Positions 1-12,857 of a stretch of DNA of 64,000 nt are shown here, piece by piece. Origin of the DNA: Mytilus edulis. Lineage: Eukaryota. The translations under genes and the position numbers were made by a program. The stretch lies in the NCBI RefSeq assembly GCF_963676685.1, contig NC_092353.1, positions 59,644,001-59,708,000 of the forward strand, given 5' to 3'. How positions within the stretch are numbered: the stretch's first letter is position 1; the number at the start of each line of letters is the position of its first letter. The notes below the pieces were generated by a model, which saw only the letters and a list, made by a program, of their open reading frames with translations, was not told the origin of the DNA and made no database searches.

Positions 1-1416
1 AAATTGAAATGAATCTTTTTATAAAAAACAAAATAATGCTAGTTGCGGTATTTTTTATTTCTTATTCTTGCAGTTAAACTTTTGAAAGAAAGCAACTCTT
101 GGTATGTTACTTTCATTTATATATACAAATTGTATCACTTTATTGAATTTATAAGTTTAATAGAGTAAAATGTTTTATTTTTCAATTTTTTTCAAAATAA
201 TTGAAATGAACATTTTAACGGGAGGTAATTTCAGTTACATACTACTAATAAAATATAACACGTGTTTTCCCGTCTTTTCACGTTAAGTAATTGCATAATT
301 AACAACAAAAAACACAAATTACTCTCTCACCTTTACGTATCTATAAAAAAAAATTAAGAAGATGTGATATGATTGCCAATTAGACACCTATCCGCAAAAG
401 TGCAAACATGTCGATAATGAGGCTAATAATTACATGATGTCTTTTGTCCTTACTTTAAACGCGCGATTCTGTGTAAGAGTTATATTCATCTAACCTTTCG
501 GTTCTAGTATTCAAAATCTTTCAATCCTTTATAGGGTGATTTTTGCATACATATATAAATACAAAAATAAGAAAGCAATGAATGAGGATGCTAAATTTGA
601 TATATGCCTTTTAGTGCTTCTTTTTTAACTATATATTTTTTTTATTGTGATTAAGATTATAACACAATGTTGACTGCTGTATCCCTATTTCCAAATCTTT
701 TTCCTATTATGTCTGTTTGTTTAATTCACAATTTGTTGTCAATGTGATGGAATTTAATGCGACTGTCATACAAGTGAGAGGTTTCAGCTAGCTTTAAAAA
801 CCAAATTCAATCCAGATTTTTTTACATTGATTAGGGACTTTCTGTTTTGAGTTTTTAAAACAAAGATACTTTTTTTTTTTATTATAGACTACAGAATTAT
901 GAAATTAAAAGCCATAATAGGTTAACCTATGTTAACGTTCATCACTATAAAAGGATGATTTGAAAAAAACTAACGATTTTTAAGATTTGTTTCTGCAAAA
1001 GTGTAGAAGTCTTGATATACATAATTTATAATTTAATATCTCTTACAGGTATACAATTTATGAAACGGTATTTCACGATCACCTTTTATTTGTATTTCAT
1101 TTATTTGCAACATTGCTCATTGTTGTGTTTGCATGCACAAATCATGACATTTCTTTTTTGGGGAAGTTCTCGAAAGTGTTGCCACAGAGGTTATAGTGTA
1201 AGGATTTTCGGTTTCTATGTAAACGCTTTGGACCTACGAAATACATTTGCATTTCACCTGGAGTAAGTTGTTGCGATGCATATCTCCCTTCTTTATAACT
1301 GTCAAGCATTTTTTCACAAGGGATGGATGAAGAATATATCTTGCACAAAGATCACAGCTGTTCCATTCTAAACTACGTAACACTACTCTCAATAAGACCC
1401 ACGTCACTCAATTCTT
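1..1416. repeat. Copy 1 of a recent local duplication (1-268 and 849-1416 recur at 2804-3638)
   Basis: Near-identical sequence; ORFs 1012..1266 and 3235..3489 translate identically. Confidence 0.9.
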
Positions 1417-1502
1417 TTATATTCTGCATATATACAAAACGTTACCTTGCTTATAATATAAGTTTACAATAGTTATCACAGATACCAGGATTATAATTTA
1501 GT

Positions 1503-1527
1503 ACGCCAGACGCGCGTTTCGTCTACA
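1503..1527 (-). ncRNA. Truncated 3' half of a family A hammerhead motif
   Basis: Reverse complement reads TGTAGACGAAACGCGCGTCTGGCGT; the CUGAUGA half is missing. Confidence 0.65.
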
Positions 1528-1989
1528 AATGTATTTATGAAACTTCAAAATAGATAAAGAGTTAAACATTTTAAGTTTCAACTAAATTTCGTAGTTTGTT
1601 CTGTTACACCACTGTTCCATGTTAGGGGAGGGTTGGGATCACGTTAACATGTTTAACTCCGCCACATTCTGTATTTATATGACTGTCTCAAGTCAGGAGC
1701 CTGTAACTAACTTGCGTACGCGTTTTTTTTTTTAGAAAGATTGAAGAAACAGAAAATATTAATTGAACATCTTTCTAGTCTTTTCTTTCTTTCTGAAATA
1801 AAAAGCCGGATTTATGTCATGAAAAGCAAAAGAAATTTACTTTATTGTAGTTTCAATGTTAAAGAAACGAAATTAATTACAGGAATTTTAAAGAACAAAA
1901 GCATACCAATTACCCAAAAATAATTTTGTTGTATTTAACATATTCTTTCACTGTGTCGTCTTCTATCACTGTCTTGCCCTGTTCAATTC

Positions 1990-2380
1990 TCACACCCTCC
2001 AATTCACAATCTCTCTAACAGTCTCTCTCCCACACTCCCATTCTCTCTCTCACACTCCCAATCTCTCTCCCAAACTCACACTCACCGGCTCTCTCCCACA
2101 CTCACCATCTCTCCCACACTCTCTATCTCTCTCCCACACTCTCTATCTCTCTCCCACACTCACCATCTGTCGCTCCAACACTCACCATCTCTCGTCCACA
2201 CTCATCCCCTCTCTCCCACACTAACCATCTCTCTCTCTCTCCCCCACACTCATAATCTCTCTCCCACACTCATAATCTCTCTCTCACACTCATAATCTCT
2301 CTCCCACACTCACAATCTCTCTCCCACACTTACATTCTCTCTCTCGTCCATACTCACATTCTCTCACAATCTTACTCACT
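1990..2380. repeat. CT-rich minisatellite, unit ~20 bp (CTCTCTCCCACACTCACCAT-like)
   Basis: Direct degenerate tandem units. Confidence 0.9.
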
Positions 2381-2459
2381 CTCATCAGAAATAGAGAAAG
2401 AAAGTAAGATTAAGACAAAAAGGAAGATAGAGATCAAAGTAAAACTGAAAGGAAAGGAA

Positions 2460-2476
2460 AGGAGAGAGAGATTGAG

Positions 2477-2511
<35 letters not shown>

Positions 2512-2540
2512 AAGAGAGAGAGAGAGAGAGAAAGAGATTG
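2460..2540. repeat. (GA)n microsatellite
   Basis: Direct; explains the LSLSLS spurious ORFs on the minus strand. Confidence 0.95.
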
Positions 2541-2803
2541 GAAGGAAGATTGGAAGAATAATAAAAAGAAAGAACAAAAAAGATAGATAAAGATTCGTTC
2601 CAAAGTAAATTCTTTAGGGCCATTGCTAACCCATTAAGAAAATACACCTTATAAAGGTGCACGGTTAAAGCAGTTATTGGTTCTTCTCCGTCGGCGCTGT
2701 ACATTATAACAGTCCATAGGCGAGAAGACCACTGCCTACCAGAACTTTGGAAAGTTGGCGCACTTACCTTCAGTAGCCTTCATTAGGTAAGAGCGCACCC
2801 AAT

Positions 2804-3638
2804 AAATTGAAATGAATCTTTTTATAAAAAACAAAATAATGCTAGTTGCGGTATTTTTTATTTCTTATTCTTGCAGTTAAACTTTTGAAAGAAAGCAACT
2901 CTTGGTATGTTACTTTCATTTATATATACAAATTGTATCACTTTATTGAATTTATAAGTTTAATAGAGTAAAATGTTTTATTTTTCAAATTTTTTCAAAA
3001 TAATTGAAATGAACATTTTAACGGGAGGTAATTTCAGTTACATACTACTAATAAAATATAACACGTGTTTTGAGTTTTTAAAACAAAGATACTTTTTTTT
3101 TTTATTATAGACTACAGAATTATGAAATTAAAAGCCATAATAGGTTAACCTATGTTAACGTTCATCACTATAAAAGGATGATTTGAAAAAAACTAACGAT
3201 TTTTAAGATTTGTTTCTGCAAAAGTGTAGAAGTCTTGATATACATAATTTATAATTTAATATCTCTTACAGGTATACAATTTATGAAACGGTATTTCACG
3301 ATCACCTTTTATTTGTATTTCATTTATTTGCAACATTGCTCATTGTTGTGTTTGCATGCACAAATCATGACATTTCTTTTTTGGGGAAGTTCTCGAAAGT
3401 GTTGCCACAGAGGTTATAGTGTAAGGATTTTCGGTTTCTATGTAAACGCTTTGGACCTACGAAATACATTTGCATTTCACCTGGAGTAAGTTGTTGCGAT
3501 GCATATCTCCCTTCTTTATAACTGTCAAGCATTTTTTCACAAGGGATGGATGTAGAATATATCTTGCACAAAGATCACAGCTGTTCCATTCTAAACTACG
3601 TAACACTGCTCTCAATAAGACCCACGTTACTCAATTCT
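2804..3638. repeat. Copy 2 of the local duplication, lacking ~580 bp present in copy 1
   Basis: Junction ACACGTGTTTTGAGTTTTT joins copy-1 position ~268 to ~849 through shared TGTTTT. Confidence 0.9.
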
Positions 3639-4478
3639 TCGCAAAATGTCTAATGAAAAACAATTCAAACAGGAAAACCAACAGTCTTATCTATATCATT
3701 AACGGGGAAAAAAAAACACTTATGAACCACATAAACAAACGACAACCTTCGGTTTTAATAGGTGCCAACATTCACCCTTATTACAAGTAGTAGTGTAACA
3801 TTACCACATAGAAAGAATCAGATACCCGTATGTTGCGAGGGAGGAAACCAGCCTCAGAAGAGCATAAAACTATGCTTTTCTTTCAAAGGTAAAGTATATT
3901 TGCCTGAGTTGTACTACAGTCACACAATCATAGTTACTGGTGGACGTTGGTGAAAACTTTTATTGTCGCTACTGTAAACATTTACTTTAGAAAATTGGTT
4001 TTATATGTATACATCTATGGTTAATACTATGAAGATACGGAGTAAACGGTCCATTCAACTTATATGAATATAAGTCATTCAATTATTACTACATTTTACA
4101 AACAAAAACTCGCACAGTTCTTAACGAATTCAAAGTCAGATGAAATAACAATAAAAAATAAATTAAAATATTAAGTAAGAGACACAACAATTGCAAAAGG
4201 ACTTATCAAATATATTAACGTCATATTGGTAGAAAGAAATGTGGGCCACACTCATTTTGCATAGATTCGGTTCGAATATTTTCTTTAGTTTACATCAGTT
4301 CACTTTTTTGTTTGTTTTTACATTTCTTTTTTTTTAATATGAATTTTTGTCCGAGGTTTGTCCTAATTCAATAAAGAATAAAGTCTTTAGCAGAATGTTT
4401 TCTTTGTCTCTTTGTTTTGCATTTGCCTCATTCTCTTCACCTTTGAACTTGTTTGGCTTTATAACTATTTTAATCTGA

Positions 4479-4522
4479 GCGTCACTGATGAGTCTTATGT
4501 AGACGAAACGCGCGTCTGGCGT
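4479..4522 (+). ncRNA. Minimal type I hammerhead ribozyme (family A) in a short repeat insertion (~4430-4556)
   Basis: GCGTCA-CTGATGA-GTCT tatgt AGAC-GAAA-CGCGCG-TC-TGGCGT: complete core, helix I and II pairing, palindromic helix III, GUC site (C4516). The insertion is absent at the paralogous site ~33870. Confidence 0.9.
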
Positions 4523-5828
4523 ACTAAATTATAATCCTGGTACCTTTGATAACTATTAACCTACATACAATGTATCTATATTCATTTTTTGTTGTCTTTA
4601 CAATTATTGAACAGGTTAAACTTTTTTCATTGAACAAAGACCGCTATTTATATCTTCATTTTTTCTTCAATCAAACAGTATGAAAATATTGACCCAAGCT
4701 TACCAAATAAAATAGTTCAGGTTCCTTTAACACCATGGAAATAATTCTTTAAGACATAGTTAGATATGTCTAATGTGTATAATTTTTCACTGCGTATTGT
4801 TGATAATAATCAGAGAGATTCTGGTCGTACATAGAATGGATTATATGTTTCAGCCTCCAGAGATTCAATTAAGGCAATCAAGTGCTGTCACAAAGAAATA
4901 TCGTATCGAGATTCTGTATGTGTTGTCTTATAGAAACAAAATAGATCAGACTAAACTATATGAGGTGAGAAGATTAGTCGAAACTGTATTTGTATATTTT
5001 TAGACGCAAGTATCCTTTTTATTGTATAATTTTAAAGCGTATATACATGTTTTACGGAGATGAAAACAAACTGAAAGTATTATTATTTCATTGTTAAAGT
5101 TGCTACTTTTAATTTCTAGCAAGAACTTAATTTAAATTAATACATCAACTTATTCATAAACTGCTTTTTTAAGCATTGATTGCTTCTGTTTTCTTCCTAT
5201 TTTATTGATGTACAAAAGCATTGACCCAAACACATTTTGAATGAAGCACTGATGCGATCTACGCTTTTACGAACCTGTCAGAAGATTTTTTTATAATTAT
5301 ATTTATTTGATAAAATACTACTATTTTCTCGGCATTCTTTAAATTCACAAACTTACCAAAAGTTTCTGTTAACAAATTAAATTTCACGAACTTACCAAAA
5401 GTTTCTGTTAACAAATTAAATTTCACAAAATTTCTAGAAAATGAGATATGGAACGTTTCATCACTTTGTTAAGGTCGAGTATGCATGCGTATCTGCCATT
5501 GCATATTCAAATTCGGAAGCAGATAGCAGGGATGTAATTTTGTTCACAATATATATATGTATATATATATAGTTGATTTTTACTGCTATAAAACATTATG
5601 AGGTTGACTGTCCCTCTGGTATTTTTCGCTCCTGTTTAATACACATTATATACTTTTCTACGTTTTCCCGTTTATAAATTTGAAATAATAAAGTAACTGA
5701 TGTTTCAACATCCTCAGACAAAGATGACCTATGAAGGAGTTGTTTGTTATTTTATGTAATTTTTGTTTATACAGCTCTTCGTCTGTTTCAATTTTATTTA
5801 TCCTTGGCTTTAAAATATTTGGCTTTGT

Positions 5829-5870
5829 ACGTTCTTTATGAAGGTAAATCCACAAAAATGCCTTAGACGC
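5829..5870 (+). ncRNA. Decayed hammerhead-like motif (family C), paralog of 35651-35694
   Basis: ACGTTC-TTTATGA-AGGTAAATCC-ACAAA...AGACGC; core mutated. Confidence 0.35.
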
Positions 5871-6387
5871 ATACATTTATAACGTGTTGTTTTAATGTTT
5901 TGATCAATTTAATACTTTATTTGTTGATATTTTTTAAAAGTTATATATTAAAGTAAATTGTAAAGTACCGGCAGTACTCATTGACTTTTTGAACAAGGTT
6001 TCAATATGCTGATAATAATAAAACCTATTTAGTTGTGATTAAGTATTTTTATCTTCCCCCCCCCCTTTTTTTTTCTTTTTTCTTTGTTAAAATTTATCAG
6101 AAGTTTTTAAAAAAAATTATTAACGAAATAGACCTATATTTTAAACAAACTACATTTGACATTTACTGTCGGATGCTGCATCATTGAATTTTTTTTTTAG
6201 ATCTTCCGTTTGTCAACATTTTACTTTCAGTTTAATAACAAAATAGGAGTTATTTATATCCTACATACGGTTCATCGTAGTTCATTTCAAACATTTAAAT
6301 CAATTAAAATCAATCATGACATATTTCAATTATGTAGTCTAGTGTGTGTCTATTGACATGTAGGCATATTAGATAACACTTTAAGTA

Positions 6388-7998
6388 ATGGCGGATAATA
6401 CGTTAGAATGTGAAGAGAAACAAGAGGTTGGTACATCTCCTAACCAACTTCGGTGTCGATTTCATGACACAGAAGAATACTCGATATTTTGCAAAGATTG
6501 TAAGGACTTCATGTGTTTCAAATGCCTCGGACAGTTACACCAAAAGCACGATTTGAGTCAATTGCAAGATGCCGAGGAAGATATTCGTAAAGAAATGGAG
6601 GTTCAGTTGTTTGAGAACAAATATTCAAAACAACTTTCTGCACTGAGTGATAAACTCTCGCAGAACAGGAAAAAGCTTGCACAGAGCGAGGAACGTTTGA
6701 AAAATGAAATAAGAACTAGTGTAGAACAAATGAAACAAAACATCGACTTGTCAGAGGCACATCTTTTGTCAGAATTATGTAATACATTCGAAAGCAGTCA
6801 AACAACACTACAAGATGGAGAAATACGTATCAATAATTTACAGACTGAAATTGACAATTTCGATGTTAATAAGCTTCATGAATATAGTGTTAGTCATATT
6901 ACAAATATTTTGTCTGCAATGAAGTTATGCTCCTCAAGGTATGATAAAATTAATAATCAACCAATACCTGGATTCGCTCCAACGATGGAGTTTTCAATTG
7001 GAAGTTTAGTTCAAATGACAAGTGGGAGTTGTGACGCTTGTGTATTGCCATTGCCATCTTTTTCGAATATATCAACACAAACAGACTATTTCGAAGATTC
7101 AGATACTGAATGGTTTGATGCTGCAGACAGAGATGAAGATGATGTAGAAGAAAGCTCATCAGATGAAATTAAAGATGAATATCCGATAAAATTCCAAATG
7201 AGCCAAGATATAGCAGTTATTTCGAAAATAGTTCCAATATCTGAAAAAAACGCTTGGATCATTTCAAATAAAAAGTTGCTTAAAATTGTCGAACATACCT
7301 TGCAGGAAGATGTGTACGCAGAGACAGTTGATGATATTGTTATTTTAAAAGATGGTTGTGTCTTGGTTCTCCGTAATGATAAAACCTTTATCATGAAACT
7401 CCTTCCAAATAGAAAACTAGTAAGATTTGCAGATGTTGGTAGCATTAATTATTTTCCATATTGCATTTGCATAAGAGATGAAATAGTAGTAATATATCTC
7501 TGGAATGTAAAAGAAATTGTCCAAAATGTTTATACTAGCAACAACCATATCATTTGGATGAACACAGATGGAATAGTAACTAAGAGCTCATTATTTGCTG
7601 AAATTGGTTGGAAGAGACCATGTTCCATACACAATTTGGAATCCGGTTTGTGTGTCTTATATCATGTTAAATGTGAATCTAGCTTGCATTCTATAGAGCT
7701 TATAGAAGCCAAAGGTGAAAAATATGATATACTTTATAGGTTTAAGGGGATTTATGGGCTAAATCCAGAGAGGAATTTTGAATGTAAAGGGATGTGCACC
7801 GATAATTCTCGCAACATATTAGTATCAGATCATCGCCACCATAGCGTTTATGTACTTGATAAACAATTGAAGTACAAGAAAACATTATTCGATGCAAGAA
7901 ATGGACTTGATAAACCAGCGGCCATCAGTCTCTTGCATGACCAACTTTGGGTTGCTGACGGAAACCAGATGGTCATTTTCCAGTATGCAAATATGTAA
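6388..7998 (+). CDS. RING-less TRIM-like protein 1: B-box2, coiled coil, acidic linker, NHL-like beta-propeller (536 aa)
   Basis: B-box CRFH-x7-CKDC-x4-CFKC-x4-HQKH; heptad region; NHL-like repeats GMCTDNSRNILVSDHRHHSVYVLD and LDKPAAISLLHDQLWVAD; open ORF. Confidence 0.9.
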   Translation: MADNTLECEEKQEVGTSPNQLRCRFHDTEEYSIFCKDCKDFMCFKCLGQLHQKHDLSQLQDAEEDIRKEMEVQLFENKYSKQLSALSDKLSQNRKKLAQSEERLKNEIRTSVEQMKQNIDLSEAHLLSELCNTFESSQTTLQDGEIRINNLQTEIDNFDVNKLHEYSVSHITNILSAMKLCSSRYDKINNQPIPGFAPTMEFSIGSLVQMTSGSCDACVLPLPSFSNISTQTDYFEDSDTEWFDAADRDEDDVEESSSDEIKDEYPIKFQMSQDIAVISKIVPISEKNAWIISNKKLLKIVEHTLQEDVYAETVDDIVILKDGCVLVLRNDKTFIMKLLPNRKLVRFADVGSINYFPYCICIRDEIVVIYLWNVKEIVQNVYTSNNHIIWMNTDGIVTKSSLFAEIGWKRPCSIHNLESGLCVLYHVKCESSLHSIELIEAKGEKYDILYRFKGIYGLNPERNFECKGMCTDNSRNILVSDHRHHSVYVLDKQLKYKKTLFDARNGLDKPAAISLLHDQLWVADGNQMVIFQYANM

Positions 7999-9321
7999 AG
8001 TCGTTGAAAATGTCTATAAGTAAAGACAACTTAACCTTGACATATATTTAATGAGCTGGGTGTCTTTTACTTAAATCGTAGAAAGTGCGTAAGGAGATTG
8101 TGTGTACATATAGAAATCGTACACCCTCATTCTTCTGATTGATAAAATAGTAACACGATAAGAATTTTGTATTAACTTTCAAAAATTTTTTTCAGTTAAA
8201 TACAAGTTTGAAATACGGGTACAGGATTTATAACTGAATAATTTACTGTGGCAACTCTATAAACGACATACCTATTTTATGGTTGTTTTTTTCCTCTACA
8301 TTTAAAATTTTTCAATTATATGTATATTTAAAGGGGCACTAGCTACGATTATATAGAAAACAATAAAAGTGAACTTCAGTTCAAACCTCTTAGCTGGTAT
8401 TTATTTTTAATTATTGCTTATTCATCTCGGAAACACATATATTTAAAAAAAAAAGTGATTAAAAGTTTGTTCCTGGTGTAGCTTAAGTCAAAACAAATAA
8501 AACACAATTTAGTTCAAAATAAGTTTAAATAGAGTAATATTAATGAACGACTTCTTTATGTATATGTACATTGATGAACTACCGTTAGCTGAGTTTGAAT
8601 CACATATAAATTAGTTGTGTTATTTCCCTTTCACCGTATCTTAGATATCGTTGTAATATAAAACGCTTTCACGTCAATGCAATACTTAGAACGAAACGTA
8701 CGGTAAATGCATATGTATGTCTTTCATTTTATATTTAAATGGTTAATACAAATATAATATAATCGTTGTTCAATTACAAACAGTAGCATTCTCCTTTATT
8801 CTGAATATGTATACAAGGAAGGTTCCTACACATTGACTGAAACGGCAATTATTTTGTATAATTTTCGAAGATCATTACAAAGCAATTATATTGGGGTTGT
8901 TTTTCAAGTAGGCAATCATATTGATTTTGTATATTTAAGTATATTATAGACATAAAAACTTTGTTTTCAAAATAAAAGGTAAAATAAAATGAAACTCAAA
9001 GGAAAAGTTATAAGGGAAAGTCCTTTCTGTAATTCTATGAGAGTTGAACCCTTTCCGAAACCATTGTACACACAAATTTAATCAATGTACGGTTGGCAGT
9101 GAAGATGTTTGGAGTTTTTATCTTATTATCTTTGTCAGCTCACTGTATGAATCAAATTGGCGAACAGGTTTTAATGAAATTGACAACTTTGTGGAATGTG
9201 GAAGGCACTCGAAATGAATTTTCATTTAACAAAAAATAAAGATAAATATTATTCAATCATTACAGAAATAGATACATTGTATAGTTACTCGTAGATTATC
9301 AGCTTTTTCCAATCTTGATAG

Positions 9322-10797
9322 TTAAACAATATCGTTTTTGTGTGTAAATATCATTACATAAACTGCTTGATAAATGAATTAGGTATTGACAATTCACTTG
9401 GAAACTCAACAAATACCCTATTAAACTACATAAGTGTCCTTACAAACAACGGTAAATTGATGGGTCCTCCAAGTGCTCTACGTAACCTCTTTTTAAATTA
9501 TTAATATCTATTTTATCAACAATCAAAGCCGGGCTCCAAAGTTTTCGTGAAACTACCTTTTCTAGAGGTGGAAACTTAAAAATTCCAAAGATCTTTTAGA
9601 GTACATACATTCTAAGACTCTCTCATATTGCATTAGTATTAAAACATTTTACTTTTCTAAACTTTACACAAGTTTTCCCCATTCCAAACTAAAAGACAAA
9701 TTGAAAGAGTTGTTATTAATTTGTTTCATTAAAAAGAATGGCGAACGTAGATACAAGTATCTTGTCTTGGGGAGGGATAAATCCTACTGTGTAAAGAATC
9801 ATTCTATTTAAAAAAAAAACATTCTCTGAAACTGACATTATCAAGATGCTTGATTTCTTGATTGACAATATATTTGTTACGTTTGGAAGCCGTGTTTTTC
9901 AACAGACTGTAGAAATTCCAATGGAAACCAATTGTGCCCCTCCTCTTGCCGACTTGTTTCTTTATTATTATGAGGCTGACTTCATACATGAACTTCTCAG
10001 GAAGAAAGATAAGAAGTTAGCAATATCCTTTAACTTTACGTTCTGCTATATAGATGATGTTCTTTCCCTAAATAATTCAAAATTTGGTGACTATGTCATT
10101 TGTATGTTGAACGAATCTATCCAATCGAACTAGAGATAAAGGATACTAAAGATACAGCTATGTATGCCTCATATCTTGACTTACATCTAAAAATTGACAT
10201 TGAGGTTTTTCAAAAGAGATGATTTCCCAATTGTGAACTTTCCATTTCTATGAAGCAACATTCCAGCAGCGCCTTCATATGAAGTATATATCTCCGATAT
10301 TCCCGGGCTTGCAATTCCTATCATGAGTTCCTTAATAAAGGATTGCTACTCACAAGGATGCTATTAAACCAAGAGTTCCTAATGATGAAGTTGAAATCAC
10401 CCCATTGTAAATTTTACGGACGCCATCACGATTTTGTTGACCGTTATCGAATAACAGTTTCACAGATGATATTGGATATGTTCCTTATGTCGTAACTACA
10501 ATCCCCTTCTCTTTTCATGAATATGACCTACCGAATTACACTATTTACCAGATTTGTAATAACATATCCAATACGACGAGTGCCACATGTGGGGCAGGAT
10601 CTGCTTACCCTTCCGTAGCACCTGATATCACCCCCAGTTGTTGGTGGAGTTCGTGTTGCTGAGTGTTTAGTTTACTATGTTGTGTATTCTGTACTATTAT
10701 TTGTCTGTTTGTCTTTTTATTATAAGCCATGGCGTTGTCAGTTTATTTTATATCTTTGAGTTTGACTCTCCCTCAGGTATCTTTCGTCCCTCTTTTA
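9322..10797 (+). mobile_element. Decayed Penelope-like (Naiad-type) retroelement, family 2: RT fragment plus 3' terminal repeat
   Basis: NNIVFVCKYHYINCL at 9325; IPMETNCAPPLADLFLY and YIDD motifs; 3' tail GAGTTTGACT.TCCCTC.GGTATCTTTCGTCCCTCTTTT also seen near 5600, 23660, 35430 and 54340. Confidence 0.85.
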
Positions 10798-11187
10798 AAT
10801 TAACAATTTTAAGTCCGAGCATTGGACAAGGCTCCAAAAAACTGATAATTTAATTATCTCGATTGGATAAATCCGATAATCCACTGGTACCAATATAATC
10901 TATTTTTTATCAAATGATAAAATTAAAAGCTCAAACATTACCGTATTATTTATTTAAAGTTAATTGAACCTCTCACTTGTATGAACGTCTCATCGGATTC
11001 TATTATATTAAACAAAATAAACAAACAGAATATGTAAAAATAGAAAAATTGCAATTAATCCACAGTTACAGTGATAAAATGTAACAAACAGTATAAATAG
11101 CGAGATTGTCTTAAATATATCAATAGGATTAATTTTACTAGAACTTCTGTAAATATTTCAACACCCTGTACAAGATAAGCCTAAGCT

Positions 11188-11226
<39 letters not shown>
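11188..11226. repeat. (TAA)n microsatellite
   Basis: Direct. Confidence 0.95.
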
Positions 11227-11227
<1 letters not shown>

Positions 11228-12270
11228 GCCTTGCGATAATGTTACAGCCCATTTATTTTGAAGCTCCCAATCTTTTAAGAATTTGTATTCTCATATTCTT
11301 TATCGTTTACCAAGCTCTAACTGTACGCAACTATTTCTTGTTCACATTTACTGGAATTAAAACAGATTGTCAATGATGCAATAAACCAATGCAAAAATAG
11401 CCAAAATATATTGAGGTCAACATACATTTGATTTCTAAACTAGACAGGGGTCGTTTTTTACTTATGTTCCAATGTTTACTGATGAAAACAACATTCAACC
11501 TTTGTTTCTAAGCTGAGATGAATTCTGCTTTTTTTTTGTTCCGAGTGGGCCGCTTAAATAATCATGATGTATGAATACGGAAATTCATTAAGGTGACCTT
11601 TCCTTTAGCTCCTTTTGTTGAATAAAGGGAAAATCATAATGACCGGGTTAGTGTTTAAAACTTCCGAACTTGCTGATATTTTTGCATGATATCTTTCAAG
11701 ATTTCTCCTCATAAATCTTGAAGCACATATAAAATTTCATTACATATAATTAGCTTCGAAAAAAACAAAATTGAAATTTAACCCCTTCATACTACAACAA
11801 AAAAAAGATCCCTAAAGTACGGACCCGGTCAGGCTATATTCGTTAATGTTGTTGTTCGTTTCAACATTTTAGATATGTGTTGATCTTGTATCTGACTATA
11901 TATAAATATATATGAACGAGTCTAAATTGAAAACTACGTTTAAACCTATGATTGCGTTGGATAAAAACCGCAATTTTTATACGTGTGCATGTAAAACAAA
12001 TTTCGTTGTAGAAGGGTCTAAAACAGCACAAACAACATTTTTCAACAGACCAAAAAAGTGAAAAAGTATATTTAATCAAAACGCATTTGACTAACAGGTC
12101 GAACAACTGATGTTCTTAAACCCTGCTGACTGCCATTGGCGATTGCCAAATAAAATTGATCACGAGATGTAACAAAATGGATCTAAATATAAATTTAATA
12201 CTAAACAGAAAACGATAAACTTGTTACCAACATGTCATGCCACAAACACAAGGTGTCAATATTTTTTTGT

Positions 12271-12314
12271 ACACTAGATCTAGATTTCGACAATATATGT
12301 CTCTTCAGTGATGT
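12271..12314 (-). ncRNA. Minimal type I hammerhead ribozyme (family B), unit 1
   Basis: rc: ACATCA-CTGAAGA-GACA tatat TGTC-GAAA-TCTAGA-TC-TAGTGT; one C.A mismatch in helix I. Confidence 0.8.
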
Positions 12315-12813
12315 TAGGGATCGAAACGGTATTTGGAAGGCCATATAATTTACCCTCAATTTCAGATCGACTCTTGAATTTTAAGAGTCAATATAGGATG
12401 AACGGATCATATAAACCGGAGGGAAAATATGATACAAGCCGAAACGAAAAATATAAACGAGTCTAAATTGAAAACTACGTTCAAACCTATGATTGCGTTG
12501 GATAAAAACCGCAATTTTTATACGTGTGCATGTAAAACAAATTTCGTTGTAGAAGGGTCTAAAAACAGCACAAACAACATTTTTCAACAGACCAAAAAAG
12601 TGAAAAAGTATATTTAAACAAAACGCATTTGACTAACAGGTCGAACAACTGATGTTCTTAAACCCTGCTGACTGCCATTGGCGATTGCCAAATAAAATTG
12701 ATCACGAGATGTAACAAAATGGATCTTAATATAAATTTAATACTCAACAGAAAACGATAAACTTGTGACCAACATGTCATGCCACAAACACAAGGTGTCA
12801 ATATTTTTTTTGT

Positions 12814-12857
12814 ACACCAGATCTAGATTTCGACAATATATGTCTCTTCAGTGATGT
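12814..12857 (-). ncRNA. Minimal type I hammerhead ribozyme (family B), unit 2
   Basis: rc: ACATCA-CTGAAGA-GACA tatat TGTC-GAAA-TCTAGA-TC-TGGTGT; helix I fully paired, AUC site. Confidence 0.88.

Noticed and set aside
2372-2704. ORFs rich in LSLSLS
   Set aside because: Translation of the (GA)n microsatellite
6950-7445. Antisense ORFs over the TRIM-like genes (similar ones overlie the TLR and RT ORFs)
   Set aside because: Shadow frames of real coding sequence
8328-8350. TTAAAGGGGCACTAGCT as a Kolobok-like terminus
   Set aside because: No matching opposite TIR found, so no element can be delimited
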